64,000 bases of DNA from Bacteroidales bacterium (lineage in GTDB: Bacteria > Bacteroidota > Bacteroidia > Bacteroidales > F082): the NCBI GenBank assembly GCA_029983675.1, contig JASBYY010000004.1:6497-70496 (forward strand), in the 5' to 3' direction. Both the position numbers and the translations under genes were made by a program. Numbering within the stretch: position 1 is the stretch's first letter; every line of letters starts with the position of its first letter. Of this stretch, positions 36,583 to 47,768 are shown piece by piece. The notes beneath the pieces are model-generated. The model had not been told where the DNA came from, ran no database searches, and saw only the letters and a list, made by a program, of their open reading frames with translations.

Positions 36583-36615
36583 ACATATATAGTCGGTTCA
36601 TCAAGTTTTCAGCGA

Positions 36616-36623
36616 CAAAATTA
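36616..36623 (-). promoter_or_regulatory. Candidate -7 promoter box for the cas6-to-cas2 operon
   Basis: The minus strand reads TAATTTTG, which matches the Bacteroides TAnnTTTG -7 consensus, about 34 nt upstream of the cas6 ATG. No convincing -33 TTTG is seen at standard spacing. Confidence 0.25.
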
Positions 36624-36691
36624 CATATAATTTTTTTACAGTCGTCAACTCAACTACAAAAAAACACACCACAGGTTCAAATAACAAGTGC

Positions 36692-36727
36692 CTCAAAAAG
36701 AAATAGCGGCCGAAAAACCGCTATTTC
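36692..36727 (-). terminator. Rho-independent terminator of hppA, which insulates the CRISPR-cas operon
   Basis: A 10 bp stem GAAATAGCGG (36700-36709) pairs with CCGCTATTTC (36718-36727) around an 8 nt loop. On the minus strand the hairpin is followed by TTTTTG. Confidence 0.65.
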
Positions 36728-36750
36728 CTTGTCATCTCACGAAAAAACAC

Positions 36751-38943
36751 TTACAGCAGGTGCACGCTGACCGTAAGTCCGGCCATGACAATGGACACCA
36801 TGCTCATCAGTTTAATCAAAATGTTGAGCGAGGGTCCTGATGTGTCCTTAAAGGGATCGCCGACCGTATCGCCAACGACAGTAGCCTTGTGACTATCGGA
36901 ACCCTTACCGCCAAAGTTCCCTTCTTCAATATACTTCTTGGCATTGTCCCAAGCTCCACCGGCATTCGCCATGAAGACGGCCAGCACGAAACCACAGGCC
37001 AAGCCTCCAATAAGCAGACCGAGCACGCCTGAAACACCCAGTATCAATCCGGTGACAATCGGAACAATGATGGCAAGCATCGACGGGAAAATCATCTCAT
37101 TTTGAGCACCCTTTGTCGAAATGGCAACGCAACGTGCATAATCGGGTTCGGCTTTTCCTTCGAGGATGCCTTTGATTTCATGGAACTGACGACGCACTTC
37201 TTCCACCATCTTTTGGGCGGCACGGCCAACAGCATTCATCGTCAAACCGCAGAACAAAAATGCCATCATGGCTCCAATGAAAACACCCACCAGCACTTTC
37301 GGATTCATCAGGTTGACATTGTAATAATTCATGAAGTCAACCAACGAAGCAGAAGCCGTATTAATTACATCGTCACCTATTTCAAGAGTGGAAGTCCCTA
37401 CACGCACCAAGGCTATCTTGATTTCTTCCACGTATGAAGCCAGCAAAGCCAAGGCCGTCAGAGCAGCGGATCCGATGGCAAAGCCCTTTCCTGTGGCTGC
37501 CGTGGTGTTGCCCAGCGCATCGAGGGCATCGGTACGATGACGCACTTCCTCGCCCAATCCGCTCATCTCGGCATTACCGCCCGCATTGTCGGCAATAGGG
37601 CCATAAGCGTCGGTTGCCAAGGTGATGCCAAGCGTCGAAAGCATTCCGACAGCGGCAATGCCGATTCCATAGAGACCCATGGAAAGGTTGACCGCAGTAA
37701 ACTCGATATGAAAACCATTGGCGCACAGATAAGCCAAAATGATGGCCACACCTACCGTGATGACCGGAACCGCCGTAGAAATCATGCCGAGGCCCAGACC
37801 AGAGATAATGACCGTTGCCGGCCCCGTCTTGGAGCTTTCCGCCACTTTCTGGGTCGGCTTATAGGACTGCGAGGTATAGTATTCTGTAGATTTTCCGATG
37901 ATGACACCGGCAAACAGACCCACAACGACTGAGAACGAAAGCCCAATCCAGTTTTCGATGCCTAAAGCCCAAAAGATGAAGAATGTGGCAACGGCAATCA
38001 GAATCGAACTCGTATTGGTGCCTTTGCTAAGTGCGCCCAATAATTGTTTCATGCCGGCGCCTTCCTTGGTCTTGACCAAGAAAATACCGAGGACCGACAA
38101 GATGACGCCCACAGCGGCAATCAGCATCGGGGCAAACACCGCCTTGAGCTGCATACCTTCTGTGGCCGATGTAGCAAATGCTGACGCTCCCAATGCCATG
38201 GTTGCCAGAATAGAACCGGCATACGATTCGTAAAGGTCGGCACCCATTCCGGCCACGTCGCCAACGTTGTCGCCAACGTTATCGGCAATGGTGGCGGGAT
38301 TGCGCGGGTCATCCTCTGGAATATTGTATTCCGTTTTTCCAACCAAGTCGGCACCCACGTCGGCAGCCTTTGTATAGATGCCACCGCCCACACGGGCAAA
38401 CAACGCCTGCGTGGAAGCACCCATGCCAAAAGTAAGCATGGTGGTCGTGATGATGATCAGGTGATTTTCCGCCTCGATGAAATAATCAAGGACGATGAAC
38501 CAAACCGACACATCGAGCAACGCCAAACCGACGACCACAAGACCCATGACAGCACCCGAACGAAATGCGACTTTCAAACCGCTGTTCAGCGAAACACGGG
38601 CTGCATTGGCAGTGCGGGCCGAAGCATAAGTGGCTGTCTTCATGCCAAAGAAACCGGCAAGTCCCGAAAAGAACCCTCCCGTGAGGAAAGCAAACCACAC
38701 CCATCCGTTTTGAAGACCGAAAACGGCCATCGCAGCAAAAATGGCTGCCAGACAGATAAATACAATAATAACGACTTTGTACTGCTGCCTCAGGTAAGCC
38801 ATGGCTCCCTTACGAACATGTGCGGCAATCTTTTTCATTAAGTCAGTTCCCTCTTCTTCCTTCATCATCTGCTTGTAGAAGATGAAAGCGAATGACAGCG
38901 CAATGATAGAAGCTGCCAAAACACAATAAATGATCCAATTCAT
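36751..38943 (-). CDS. hppA: Membrane-bound ion-translocating pyrophosphatase
   Basis: 730 aa polytopic protein with the motifs [27 protein letters not shown] and [17 protein letters not shown], which are diagnostic for H+/Na+-PPases. Confidence 0.93.
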   Translation of the reverse strand: MNWIIYCVLAASIIALSFAFIFYKQMMKEEEGTDLMKKIAAHVRKGAMAYLRQQYKVVIIVFICLAAIFAAMAVFGLQNGWVWFAFLTGGFFSGLAGFFGMKTATYASARTANAARVSLNSGLKVAFRSGAVMGLVVVGLALLDVSVWFIVLDYFIEAENHLIIITTTMLTFGMGASTQALFARVGGGIYTKAADVGADLVGKTEYNIPEDDPRNPATIADNVGDNVGDVAGMGADLYESYAGSILATMALGASAFATSATEGMQLKAVFAPMLIAAVGVILSVLGIFLVKTKEGAGMKQLLGALSKGTNTSSILIAVATFFIFWALGIENWIGLSFSVVVGLFAGVIIGKSTEYYTSQSYKPTQKVAESSKTGPATVIISGLGLGMISTAVPVITVGVAIILAYLCANGFHIEFTAVNLSMGLYGIGIAAVGMLSTLGITLATDAYGPIADNAGGNAEMSGLGEEVRHRTDALDALGNTTAATGKGFAIGSAALTALALLASYVEEIKIALVRVGTSTLEIGDDVINTASASLVDFMNYYNVNLMNPKVLVGVFIGAMMAFLFCGLTMNAVGRAAQKMVEEVRRQFHEIKGILEGKAEPDYARCVAISTKGAQNEMIFPSMLAIIVPIVTGLILGVSGVLGLLIGGLACGFVLAVFMANAGGAWDNAKKYIEEGNFGGKGSDSHKATVVGDTVGDPFKDTSGPSLNILIKLMSMVSIVMAGLTVSVHLL

Positions 38944-39266
38944 AAAACTGTGATTAGTGATTTAATTAAGTTAGTTAGATTAATAATAGATTCCAATTAT
39001 CATTCCCCAAACCGTCCCAACCCCTTATTTTTCGCGCTATTTTTCGGTTTGAGAGGACAAAAATAAAAACATTTTCTGAAACAAAAAGTAGGTTTCCACA
39101 GAAAATCAAACGATTGAAAAATAAATTTGCCAGATTCAAACAATGTCCGTACTTTTGACGATTGAAGGAAGAAGGTTTCTTTGGGAAACGGCTAACGTCT
39201 TGTTATTGTAAATACTTCAAAACAAATCATTTACATGACATTCGGGGTTGAAGCTACTTTCCCATC

Positions 39267-39884
39267 ATGACCGAATTAATCTCAATGACAATGAACAAGA
39301 TCGCATTAGAAATCAAAGGACTGATGTTCAGCAACTCGCAGACCGGTGCTTACGTGCTGATACTCAGCGACAGGAACTCCCGGCGCAGCCTTCCCATCGT
39401 GATTGGCGGCACCGAGGCTCAAGCCATTGCCGCCGGCATCGAAAACATCAAGGGGAACCGACCGCTTACACACGACTTGTTCAACAAATTCGCCTATACG
39501 TTTCAAATCCAACTAAAAGAGGTGATCATCAGCCGTTTTCACGAAGGCGTGTTTTATGCCACATTAGTTTGCGAACACCTTGGCGAACTCACCATGCTCG
39601 ACGCCCGCCCCTCCGACGCCATCGCATTGGCTGTGCGCAGTGGCTGTAGCATTTCTGCTTATGAATCCGTCATGGAAGAAGCTGGGGTCATCATGGACGA
39701 AAAAGATTTGATGGATGATGATGATGATATTTTTGAAGATTTGGAAAACGCTTCTGACGATCCGGATCAGGACGATCTCGCTAAATTAGAGAGCATGTTG
39801 CGAAAAGCCATCGAAATGGAAGACTACGAAAAAGCCGCCATCCTCCGTGATGAGATTCAAAGAATAAAAGGAGAGCAAGAATAA
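39267..39884 (+). CDS. Bifunctional nuclease (DUF151-type) with a C-terminal UVR motif
   Basis: 205 aa. The N-terminal domain (LPIVIGGTEAQAIA...RPLTHDL...ARPSDAIALAVR) is followed by an acidic linker and a UvrB/C-like motif EDYEKAAILRDEIQRIK. Confidence 0.75.
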   Translation: MTELISMTMNKIALEIKGLMFSNSQTGAYVLILSDRNSRRSLPIVIGGTEAQAIAAGIENIKGNRPLTHDLFNKFAYTFQIQLKEVIISRFHEGVFYATLVCEHLGELTMLDARPSDAIALAVRSGCSISAYESVMEEAGVIMDEKDLMDDDDDIFEDLENASDDPDQDDLAKLESMLRKAIEMEDYEKAAILRDEIQRIKGEQE

Positions 39885-39932
39885 GTCTGTATCATTTATT
39901 TAATCATCAGTCATTTACAACCATCAACACAC

Positions 39933-41210
39933 ATGAAAGCCATCAAACTACGACTGATCGTCATGAATTTCCTCCAGTTCTTTGTCTGGGGAGCTTGGAT
40001 GATGACATTGGGGCATTACGGTTTCGTCGAAAAACAATGGAACGGTGCGGAATTCGGCCTCGTTTTTTCCACCATGGGTTTTGCTTCGCTCGTCATGCCT
40101 ACTTTGTTTGGCATCATCGCCGACAAATGGAAAGCTAATTATGTCTTCGGTATTCTCCATGCTTTGTTTGGTGTGGCCATGTGCTTCCTGCCCATGATAG
40201 ATTCGCCCACCTCCTTCTTCTGGGTGTTGCTGGTCGCCATGTGCTTTTACATGCCCACCATCGGACTCAACAACTCCATCGGCTTCGACATCCTGAAAAA
40301 AGAAGGCAAGGACCCCACCACATACTTTCCCCCTATTCGCGTTTGGGGAACCGTAGGGTTTATCACCGCCATGTGGATTACCAACGTTTTCACCAAAGAA
40401 TGGGGATTTGGATACAGCATCAAAGTGTCGTTCGTCATTGCCGCAATCATGGCGTTTGTACTGTCGTTGTTTTCCTTTGTCTTCATCCCGGTGATCAACA
40501 AGAATAAAACCTCTGATAATGAGACGACAAACCGCACGCTTATCCAAAAATTGGGATTGGAAGCCTTTGTGCTGTTCAAGCAAAAGAAAATGGCGCTATT
40601 CTTCATTTTCAGTCTGTTGTTGGGTGCCGCCTTGCAGCTAACCAATGCGTATGGTGACAGTTTCCTGCAAGACAGTTCGGTTTTTCCCAAAGGGGAACTC
40701 ATCAATAACTTCTCAACCATTATCCTTTCCATTTCGCAGATTTCCGAAATGCTGTTCATCCTTACCATTCCTTTCGTCATGAAGAAGTTCGGAATAAAAA
40801 AGGTGATGCTTTTCAGCATGATAGCCTGGGTGTTGCGTTTCGGACTATTCGGTCTGGCCGACAACAGCCTGCTCGGATTCATTCTGATCAGCACGTCCTG
40901 CATCATTTACGGCATGGCTTTCGACTTCTTCAATATTTCAGGTGCACTGTTCGTCGAACAAAACACCGACTCGAAAATCCAATCCTCCGCACAAGGCGTT
41001 TTCATGCTCATGACCAATGGAATAGGTGCTGTGCTGGGAAACATCCTTGCCGGATTGGTGATTGCAAAATGGTTTGAAGACCCGATAAGCCACGCCAAAG
41101 ACTGGCAGGGCATTTGGCTGACCTTTGCCGCATACGCCTTGGCTGTCGCCATTCTGTTCCTGCTGTTATTCAAATACAAACACAACAATGAATCAACCAC
41201 TAAACACTAA
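39933..41210 (+). CDS. Nucleoside:H+ symporter (NupG/XapB-like MFS transporter)
   Basis: 425 aa with 12 predicted TM segments. The N-terminus LRLIVMNFLQFFVWGAWMMTLG is typical of the NHS family. Confidence 0.75.
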   Translation: MKAIKLRLIVMNFLQFFVWGAWMMTLGHYGFVEKQWNGAEFGLVFSTMGFASLVMPTLFGIIADKWKANYVFGILHALFGVAMCFLPMIDSPTSFFWVLLVAMCFYMPTIGLNNSIGFDILKKEGKDPTTYFPPIRVWGTVGFITAMWITNVFTKEWGFGYSIKVSFVIAAIMAFVLSLFSFVFIPVINKNKTSDNETTNRTLIQKLGLEAFVLFKQKKMALFFIFSLLLGAALQLTNAYGDSFLQDSSVFPKGELINNFSTIILSISQISEMLFILTIPFVMKKFGIKKVMLFSMIAWVLRFGLFGLADNSLLGFILISTSCIIYGMAFDFFNISGALFVEQNTDSKIQSSAQGVFMLMTNGIGAVLGNILAGLVIAKWFEDPISHAKDWQGIWLTFAAYALAVAILFLLLFKYKHNNESTTKH

Positions 41211-41216
41211 TACATC

Positions 41217-41579
41217 ATGAAAGTTCAAATTACAATTTGTCCATGGTATCAGACCATGACCATTGATCTCCCCATCCTTCCTGAAGTCGGTATGCACATC
41301 GATTTGTCCGACACCGATATCAACCGTTACATTGCCAAAGTCAAAGCCGGAGACTATCCCGAAGAATACGGTGTTGCGCTTGCCCCAAGTACACTCGAAA
41401 AAGATGACAAAGGTTACTGGCAGGACCTGTATATCGATACCGAAGTCGCTGAAGTCAATATTGCTTGGGACGATGAAGAAAAAGCCTATCTCCCGCAAAT
41501 CGTCATCGATACCGTTGAGGATGACTTCGACGATGACGAGGACTATGAAGAATATTTCGAAGAGGAAGACGAGAAATGA
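41217..41579 (+). CDS. Hypothetical acidic protein
   Basis: 120 aa ORF starting 6 nt after the transporter stop, with a strongly acidic D/E tail. It is preferred over the antisense ORF 41193-41642 because of its operon context. Confidence 0.45.
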   Translation: MKVQITICPWYQTMTIDLPILPEVGMHIDLSDTDINRYIAKVKAGDYPEEYGVALAPSTLEKDDKGYWQDLYIDTEVAEVNIAWDDEEKAYLPQIVIDTVEDDFDDDEDYEEYFEEEDEK

Positions 41580-41649
41580 GCTCCCTCTCCGCACCTTATC
41601 GGTTTCCCGTTGATTTTCAATGGGAAGCCGATGTAAAACCATGTAATAA

Positions 41650-42477
41650 ATGAAGCAATATCTAGATTTATTGCAACATATTCTGGATCACGGAGTCCGT
41701 AAGAGCGACCGTACGGGCACGGGTACCACCAGTGTTTTCGGCTACCAGATGCGTTTCGACCTTCAGGAAGGTTTTCCCTTGCTTACAACGAAAAAAGTAC
41801 ATCTGCGCTCCATTATCTACGAACTGCTCTGGATGCTTCGTGGCGATACCAACGTGAACTACCTTCATGACCATAAAGTCAGTATTTGGGATGAATGGGC
41901 GGATGGCAACGGCGATCTCGGTCCTGTTTACGGAGTGCAATGGCGCAATTGGAACGGCGAACACGTCGATCAGATTGCACAAGTGGTTGAAAGCTTAAAA
42001 AACAACCCTGACAGCCGCCGTCACATTGTCACAGCCTGGAATCCTTCCGTCCTGCCCGACGAGCATTCAAAGAATTTCGCTGCAAATGTGGCCGACGGAA
42101 AGGCTGTGCTTCCACCTTGCCATGCCTTTTTCCAGTTCTATGTGGCCGATGGCAGGCTTTCCTGCCAGCTCTATCAGCGCAGCGCCGACGTTTTTCTCGG
42201 CGTTCCCTTCAACATCGCCTCTTATTCCCTGCTCACCATGATGATGGCACAAGTGACCGGACTCCACGTAGGTGATTTCATACATACTTTTGGCGACGTT
42301 CACATTTATAATAACCATGTCGATCAGGTGAAGCTGCAACTCAGCCGCACCCCGCTCACACTGCCCACCATGCACCTCAACCCCGAAAGAAATGACATCT
42401 TCTCGTTTGAATATGACGATTTCACATTAGAAAACTATAACCCTTACCCACCTATTAAAGGTGAAGTTTCCGTTTGA
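41650..42477 (+). CDS. thyA: Thymidylate synthase
   Basis: 275 aa containing [22 protein letters not shown] and the active-site PPCH motif ([12 protein letters not shown]). Confidence 0.95.
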   Translation: MKQYLDLLQHILDHGVRKSDRTGTGTTSVFGYQMRFDLQEGFPLLTTKKVHLRSIIYELLWMLRGDTNVNYLHDHKVSIWDEWADGNGDLGPVYGVQWRNWNGEHVDQIAQVVESLKNNPDSRRHIVTAWNPSVLPDEHSKNFAANVADGKAVLPPCHAFFQFYVADGRLSCQLYQRSADVFLGVPFNIASYSLLTMMMAQVTGLHVGDFIHTFGDVHIYNNHVDQVKLQLSRTPLTLPTMHLNPERNDIFSFEYDDFTLENYNPYPPIKGEVSV

Positions 42478-42478
42478 C

Positions 42479-42997
42479 ATGAACCACAGACCTACCCTTT
42501 CCATCATCGTAGCCTTGGCGCAAAACAGAGCCATTGGGAAAAACGGCACACTGATCTGGCATATCAGCAACGACCTACAGCATTTCAAAAGAATCACGAC
42601 GGGAAAATGCGTGCTGATGGGTTACAACACATATATGTCGCTGCCCCACCAAAAAGCCCTTCCCAATCGTCGCAACATAATTATTTCCAGCCGTTTGGAT
42701 AAAGCACCAGAAGGTTTTGAACTGGCACATTCCATCGATGCTGCCTCGCAGCTATGCGAAAATGAAACCGAAATCATCATCATGGGCGGCGGCACCATCT
42801 ACGAGCAAACACTGCCCAAAGCCGACCGGCTTTACCTGACACGCCTCGAAAAAAGTTTTGAAGCCGACACCTATTTCCCCATTGTCAATTATGACGAATG
42901 GGAACTTGTTGACCTTCAGGTTATTGATGACGACCCCCAAGTGGACTATTCGTACCGCTTTGAGCAGTGGGAGCGAAAAACAGAAGACGAAATCTGA
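42479..42997 (+). CDS. folA: Dihydrofolate reductase
   Basis: The ATG lies 1 nt after the thyA stop. The sequence LSIIVALAQNRAIGKNGTLIWHISNDLQHFKRIT...IMGGGTIYEQ is typical of FolA. Confidence 0.9.
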   Translation: MNHRPTLSIIVALAQNRAIGKNGTLIWHISNDLQHFKRITTGKCVLMGYNTYMSLPHQKALPNRRNIIISSRLDKAPEGFELAHSIDAASQLCENETEIIIMGGGTIYEQTLPKADRLYLTRLEKSFEADTYFPIVNYDEWELVDLQVIDDDPQVDYSYRFEQWERKTEDEI

Positions 42998-43018
42998 GAA
43001 CTACCAAGGTCTTTCCTC

Positions 43019-43783
43019 TCAATTGCTAACGAAAGTGGTCATCCTATTAAAAGGATACGCCACCTCTTCAAGAAACAAGGCATGGGGCGGCATTGACATG
43101 CCTGCCGAACAACGGTCTTGGTCTTCCAACACTTGCCGAAAACCTTCCAACGTCATTTTACCTTTCCCTACCTCAATAAGCGTTCCCACGATAGCCCGTA
43201 CCATATTGCGCAAAAAACGGTCCGCCTTGATTCGGAACACGAGCATATCGTCTTGCTCAAACCATTTGGCTTCCAATATTTTACATTTGTTCGTCTTAAC
43301 CTGTGTGTGAAGTTTGGAAAAGCTGGTGAAATCCGAATAATCAAAGAGCAAGTCGGCGGCCTTTTGCATGGCTTCTACATCGAGATTGCCATACAAATAA
43401 TAGGCATCATTGGTATGAAACGGATTTTTCGAACGCGAAATATAATAATGGTAAGTGCGCGAAACCGCATTGAAACGGGCATGAAAATCGGGAGCGACCT
43501 CCCAGATGCGGTACACGACAATATCGGCAGGAAGAAACGCATTCAACTGATTGGCAAGCACCTCCGTATTAACAATGCTTTTTTCAGTATCGAAATGAGC
43601 ATAAAAATTCCGCGCATGTACGCCCGTATCGGTGCGACCACAACCAATAATACCGGTTTTTTGCCCCAATTTCATGCTCAAACACTTTTCCAGCTCCTCT
43701 TGAACGCTCAGTGCTTCCGGTTGAATCTGATAGCCATGATAGCGCAAACCGTTGTATGCCAAATGTATGAAGTAACGTTTCAT
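43019..43783 (-). CDS. truA: tRNA pseudouridine(38-40) synthase
   Basis: MKRYFIHLAYNGLRYHGYQIQ...GCGRTDTGVHA is the TruA signature. The start at 43783 is chosen over the upstream extension to 43918. Confidence 0.9.
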   Translation of the reverse strand: MKRYFIHLAYNGLRYHGYQIQPEALSVQEELEKCLSMKLGQKTGIIGCGRTDTGVHARNFYAHFDTEKSIVNTEVLANQLNAFLPADIVVYRIWEVAPDFHARFNAVSRTYHYYISRSKNPFHTNDAYYLYGNLDVEAMQKAADLLFDYSDFTSFSKLHTQVKTNKCKILEAKWFEQDDMLVFRIKADRFLRNMVRAIVGTLIEVGKGKMTLEGFRQVLEDQDRCSAGMSMPPHALFLEEVAYPFNRMTTFVSN

Positions 43784-43907
43784 CACGAACTCTTTGTGCA
43801 AAAATAGCACTTTTCGCCCCAAGCACACATATCTATTTTCAATCGGCGTTACATTTTTCAATTCGCTTCTATCAAAATATTGTACTTTTGCGGTAAGAAA
43901 CACATAT

Positions 43908-44687
43908 ATGAACCGCATCTTTCAATTGAACGATGACAACTGTTGGTTTCCATCGGCAGAGTACGCCAATAGCGAAGGTTTACTGGCATTTGGCGGCGAC
44001 CTTTCGCCGGAACGCCTCATCATTGCTTATGCCAACGGTATCTTTCCATGGTATAATGATGACGAACCCTTACTTTGGTGGTCACTCGACCCCCGTCTCA
44101 TCATGCGTCCCGGAGAAATGAAGGTATCGAAATCATTGCGGCGCACCATTCGCTCCAACAAGTTTGAAAGTCGCATTGACACTGATTTTCTTAATGTTAT
44201 GAAACATTGTGCAGGAACGCCTCGTAAGGATCAGGATGGGACATGGATCAAGGATGAGATGATCGAAGCCTACACCCAGCTTTTTGAGCGCGGCCTCGCC
44301 CACTCTTTCGAAACCTATTGCGATGGCGAGCTTGTCGGCGGATTGTACGGCGTGTCGTTGGGAAAGGTGTTTTGTGGCGAATCCATGTTTCACAATGTCA
44401 GCGACGCATCAAAATTCGCATTCTACCACCTGCACCGCTTTTTGGTTGAACATGATTTTAAACTCATTGATTGTCAGCAAGAAACATCACATTTATTAAG
44501 TCTTGGCGCCCATGCTATTCCACGTTCGGCTTATCTCGAAGAACTATCCGCACTCATTGCCGAGCCGACATTGGTAGGAAACTGGGGCACGGGGCAAATC
44601 GAACCGCTGACTATCAATATCATACAACCAGAAACCGTTCATTTCCGATCGTTCAGTTTCGATACGGAAATCACCTTGGAAGAATAG
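43908..44687 (+). CDS. aat: Leucyl/phenylalanyl-tRNA--protein transferase
   Basis: LLAFGGDLSPERLIIAYANGIFPWY...PLLWWSLDPR...GESMFH is the Aat signature. The ATG at 43908 is taken as the start. Confidence 0.85.
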   Translation: MNRIFQLNDDNCWFPSAEYANSEGLLAFGGDLSPERLIIAYANGIFPWYNDDEPLLWWSLDPRLIMRPGEMKVSKSLRRTIRSNKFESRIDTDFLNVMKHCAGTPRKDQDGTWIKDEMIEAYTQLFERGLAHSFETYCDGELVGGLYGVSLGKVFCGESMFHNVSDASKFAFYHLHRFLVEHDFKLIDCQQETSHLLSLGAHAIPRSAYLEELSALIAEPTLVGNWGTGQIEPLTINIIQPETVHFRSFSFDTEITLEE

Positions 44688-44715
44688 TTACCTTACCATA
44701 AAAAACACCCTTACC

Positions 44716-45468
44716 ATGAATCAGGACGAACAAATCAAGCAGGCTGCCCAAATCGTGTCGAAAGCCAAAAACATCGTTGCTTTCACGGGTGCCGGAACTT
44801 CGGTAGAAAGCGGCATTCCGCCATTTCGCGGCAAAGGAGGCATCTGGAACAAATACGACCCCGACTCCCTCGACATCGATTTCTATTATAATCACACCAA
44901 GGAATCTTGGAAAGTTATCCGCGAAGTATTTTATAACTTCTTCAATAACAACGATATAAAACCGAACAAGGGGCATTATATACTTGCCAAATGGGAAAAG
45001 GAAGGCCGCCTGATGTCGGTCATCACCCAAAACATAGACAACCTACATGCCATTGCAGGCAACAAGACCATTTATGAGTTTCATGGCAATTCGGCAAGAT
45101 TTGTTTGCACGAAATGCGGCGCAAAAATCAAATCCGACAAAGTGGAAATCACCGAAGATCCACCCATTTGCAAAAAATGTGGCGGATTATTGAAACCTGA
45201 CTTTATTTTCTTTGGCGAAGGCATTCCACAAGACGCCTATTTCAATTCTGTCCAAGCCGCCAAACACTGTGATGTGTTCATCATCATCGGCACATCCGGT
45301 CAGGTCAGCCCCGCCAACATGATTCCGGGAATCGCCAAATCGCACGGTGCGACCATCATTGAAATCAACAGAGAGCCTTCCGCCTATACCGATCGCATTA
45401 CCGACATCTATATCGAGGGAAAATCCGGAGAAATACTTGAAGCTATCGATGGTTTAATTACACGATAA
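44716..45468 (+). CDS. cobB: NAD-dependent protein deacylase (Sir2 family)
   Basis: 250 aa containing GAGTSVESGIPPFRG, QNIDNLH and a Zn ribbon (CTKCG...CKKCGG). Confidence 0.9.
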   Translation: MNQDEQIKQAAQIVSKAKNIVAFTGAGTSVESGIPPFRGKGGIWNKYDPDSLDIDFYYNHTKESWKVIREVFYNFFNNNDIKPNKGHYILAKWEKEGRLMSVITQNIDNLHAIAGNKTIYEFHGNSARFVCTKCGAKIKSDKVEITEDPPICKKCGGLLKPDFIFFGEGIPQDAYFNSVQAAKHCDVFIIIGTSGQVSPANMIPGIAKSHGATIIEINREPSAYTDRITDIYIEGKSGEILEAIDGLITR

Positions 45469-45517
45469 TAACTTATTGTATATTAAGCAGTTGTTCGATT
45501 TCATGCAATAGTTGTTA

Positions 45518-47629
45518 TTATTCTGTAATCAACGAAAACTCCGCCACCGATCCTTGGGCATCGCGAGCAAAACCCGTTGCCTCGAATACTATAGACGTTC
45601 CGACCACAGGAGTAAAACGCACTTCCTGTTCAATAGGGTTGTTCACAATGTTTGAAAACTCCCCTGCACATACAACACGACCGTCAACCGTCACCTTGTA
45701 ATGGGTTATCGGATGCTGCGCATCACGTGATTGGTCGGGCAAATAACGGAATCCGCATATACTATGCTTCTCTTTTAATTGAATGGATATAATCCTTTCA
45801 TTTTCATTTAGATATAAAAAAGAAAGCACATTCCCATCACATAGTTTTCGCGACTGGTCATCGTTAGGGGTAATAATGTGGTATTCCGTTGTCGGCAAGT
45901 CGAAATACTTGGCAGCCACCGGACCATTTTGATGGCTTACCGGATCTATGGCAACTGCTTTCAGCGTAGCTTTCCCTTCAAGCACAAATGGAGCAAGATA
46001 GCGCACAGACTGCATACTTGGCTCGCTTCCGTCCATCGTATAGAAAACCCATGCGTTCCTATCGGAGTTTGTGATAGTGACAACATTATTGAAATCACGC
46101 GAAAGGGTCGGTTCCGACAGCATGGGGGCAGCACAATAGGCTTCCACATTGCAAATACACAAGGGGCCTTTCGCCTGCTTGAAACGAACGCGCAGACGCT
46201 CTGCCTCAATAGTCTTAAACCTGACAATGCGCTTATAGCCTATGGTGGTCATTTCATCGTATGCCTCAACCGGAAGCCACTTCCCGTTGATGAAGTAATC
46301 CATTGAAAACCGCTCCACACGCTGTCCCAATGGAATGTACTCTTGAAGCACAACACGATTTATTCTTGTAAGTTCCTGAAACGAAAAAACAAGTTCTCCC
46401 TTGTTGACACCGTCTTCCGTAGCCCAATAACTATCCCATTTTCCGTCATTAACTTTTGGGGCAGCATACCGTTTTCCTCTTTCATTGTCGGCAACTACTC
46501 GGCTGTTTTTCAGCAGATTGTCATCAAAATCATCCATGATGCGCCGATGCCATTCCACGGCACGCATGGAATCGATGGCAGTAATTCTTCCGTCGGTGTT
46601 GACAGGAAAATTCAATAGTAATGTGGTATTATGACCAACTGTATTATAGTAAATATCAAGTAGTTGTGCCACACTTTTCACCTGATGATCTTCCCTATGA
46701 TGATAAAACCATCCGGGACGAATCGACACATCCGCTTCGGCGGGAATCCACGCATCGCCATGCGGATTACCTTGCGGAAGAAAATCCGTCTTGTCGAAGT
46801 CGGAAAGACTTGCCGTTGACCACTGGGTAGCATCCGCCCAGCCCTTTTCGTTGCCCACCCAGCGAATTGTCGGCACGGTTCCTCCAAAAACCATGGCTTC
46901 AGGATTACGCCTGACAATAATATCCCGTGCCTTTTCGTAATCATAATAGGTCTTTGCATCGATGGCCCGTGTTTCATTTGCACCACCATACCAGCCGTTG
47001 CCTCCGTTTGCGCCATCAAACCAAAACTCGAAAATCGGGCTGTAATTCTCAATAAGTTCTTCAATTTGAGCATGATATGTTTTCACATAATCCGGTCGTC
47101 CGTATTCAGCATCATGACGGTCCCAAGGCGACAAATACAGACCGAACTTCAGTCCGTGTTTCCGGCAAGCCGCAGACAAAGCGCCCACCAAATCGCCCCG
47201 TCCATTATCGAATGGCGTGTTGGAAATATTGTAGTCGTTTGTTTTTGTTGGCCAAAGTGAAAAACCGTCACAATGCTTCGCTGTGAGGATCACCGCCTTC
47301 ATGCCACAAGCCTTGAGTGTCTGCACCCATTGTTCACAGTCTATTTCGGTCGGATTGAAACTGCCCACCGCTTCGTTTCCATAGCCCCATTCCACGTCGT
47401 TGAACGTGGTGATTCCAAAATGAATGAAAGCATAGGTCTCCAACTGATGCCATGCCACCTGTTCGGCTGTCGGCAAAGCCCCGACGGGATCCGGTGCCTT
47501 TGTCACGCAGGAAACCATCAGCATCATAACGGCAATGGCCGACAGCGCACCTTTTATTCGGAATTGTTGGCGTATAAAAACACTTAAATGCCTCTGTTGG
47601 GGAATAAAATTTTTTTTCATTGTTTTCAA
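45518..47629 (-). CDS. Alpha-L-fucosidase (GH29) with C-terminal carbohydrate-binding/F5_8-type C-like domains
   Basis: 703 aa with a signal peptide. The GH29-like core has FGITTF...WGYG, KHCDGFSLWPT, YLSPWD and FWFDGANG. Confidence 0.8.
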   Translation of the reverse strand: MKTMKKNFIPQQRHLSVFIRQQFRIKGALSAIAVMMLMVSCVTKAPDPVGALPTAEQVAWHQLETYAFIHFGITTFNDVEWGYGNEAVGSFNPTEIDCEQWVQTLKACGMKAVILTAKHCDGFSLWPTKTNDYNISNTPFDNGRGDLVGALSAACRKHGLKFGLYLSPWDRHDAEYGRPDYVKTYHAQIEELIENYSPIFEFWFDGANGGNGWYGGANETRAIDAKTYYDYEKARDIIVRRNPEAMVFGGTVPTIRWVGNEKGWADATQWSTASLSDFDKTDFLPQGNPHGDAWIPAEADVSIRPGWFYHHREDHQVKSVAQLLDIYYNTVGHNTTLLLNFPVNTDGRITAIDSMRAVEWHRRIMDDFDDNLLKNSRVVADNERGKRYAAPKVNDGKWDSYWATEDGVNKGELVFSFQELTRINRVVLQEYIPLGQRVERFSMDYFINGKWLPVEAYDEMTTIGYKRIVRFKTIEAERLRVRFKQAKGPLCICNVEAYCAAPMLSEPTLSRDFNNVVTITNSDRNAWVFYTMDGSEPSMQSVRYLAPFVLEGKATLKAVAIDPVSHQNGPVAAKYFDLPTTEYHIITPNDDQSRKLCDGNVLSFLYLNENERIISIQLKEKHSICGFRYLPDQSRDAQHPITHYKVTVDGRVVCAGEFSNIVNNPIEQEVRFTPVVGTSIVFEATGFARDAQGSVAEFSLITE

Positions 47630-47768
47630 ATTTCGGTCAAAATTAGCATTTTAGCATATACAATATGTGAGAAATGCTTTTTTTTTCAACATAATAACAT
47701 ATCGGAACACGTTTTTTTGCTAATTTGCGGGCATTTAACAATGTATTTTTGTATTAAAAACGGACACT

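Noticed and set aside
41193-41642. 149 aa minus-strand ORF opposite the acidic 120 aa protein
   Set aside because: It is antisense to an ORF that fits the plus-strand operon (nucleoside transporter to thyA). Its composition is low-complexity Phe/Ile/Val-rich, the mirror image of the acidic codons.
41580-41649. Imperfect 10 bp hairpin CGGTTTCCCG...TGGGAAGCCG upstream of thyA, as a possible regulatory RNA or terminator
   Set aside because: It needs two G:U pairs and has no following T-run. Without conservation data I cannot support a riboswitch or attenuator call.
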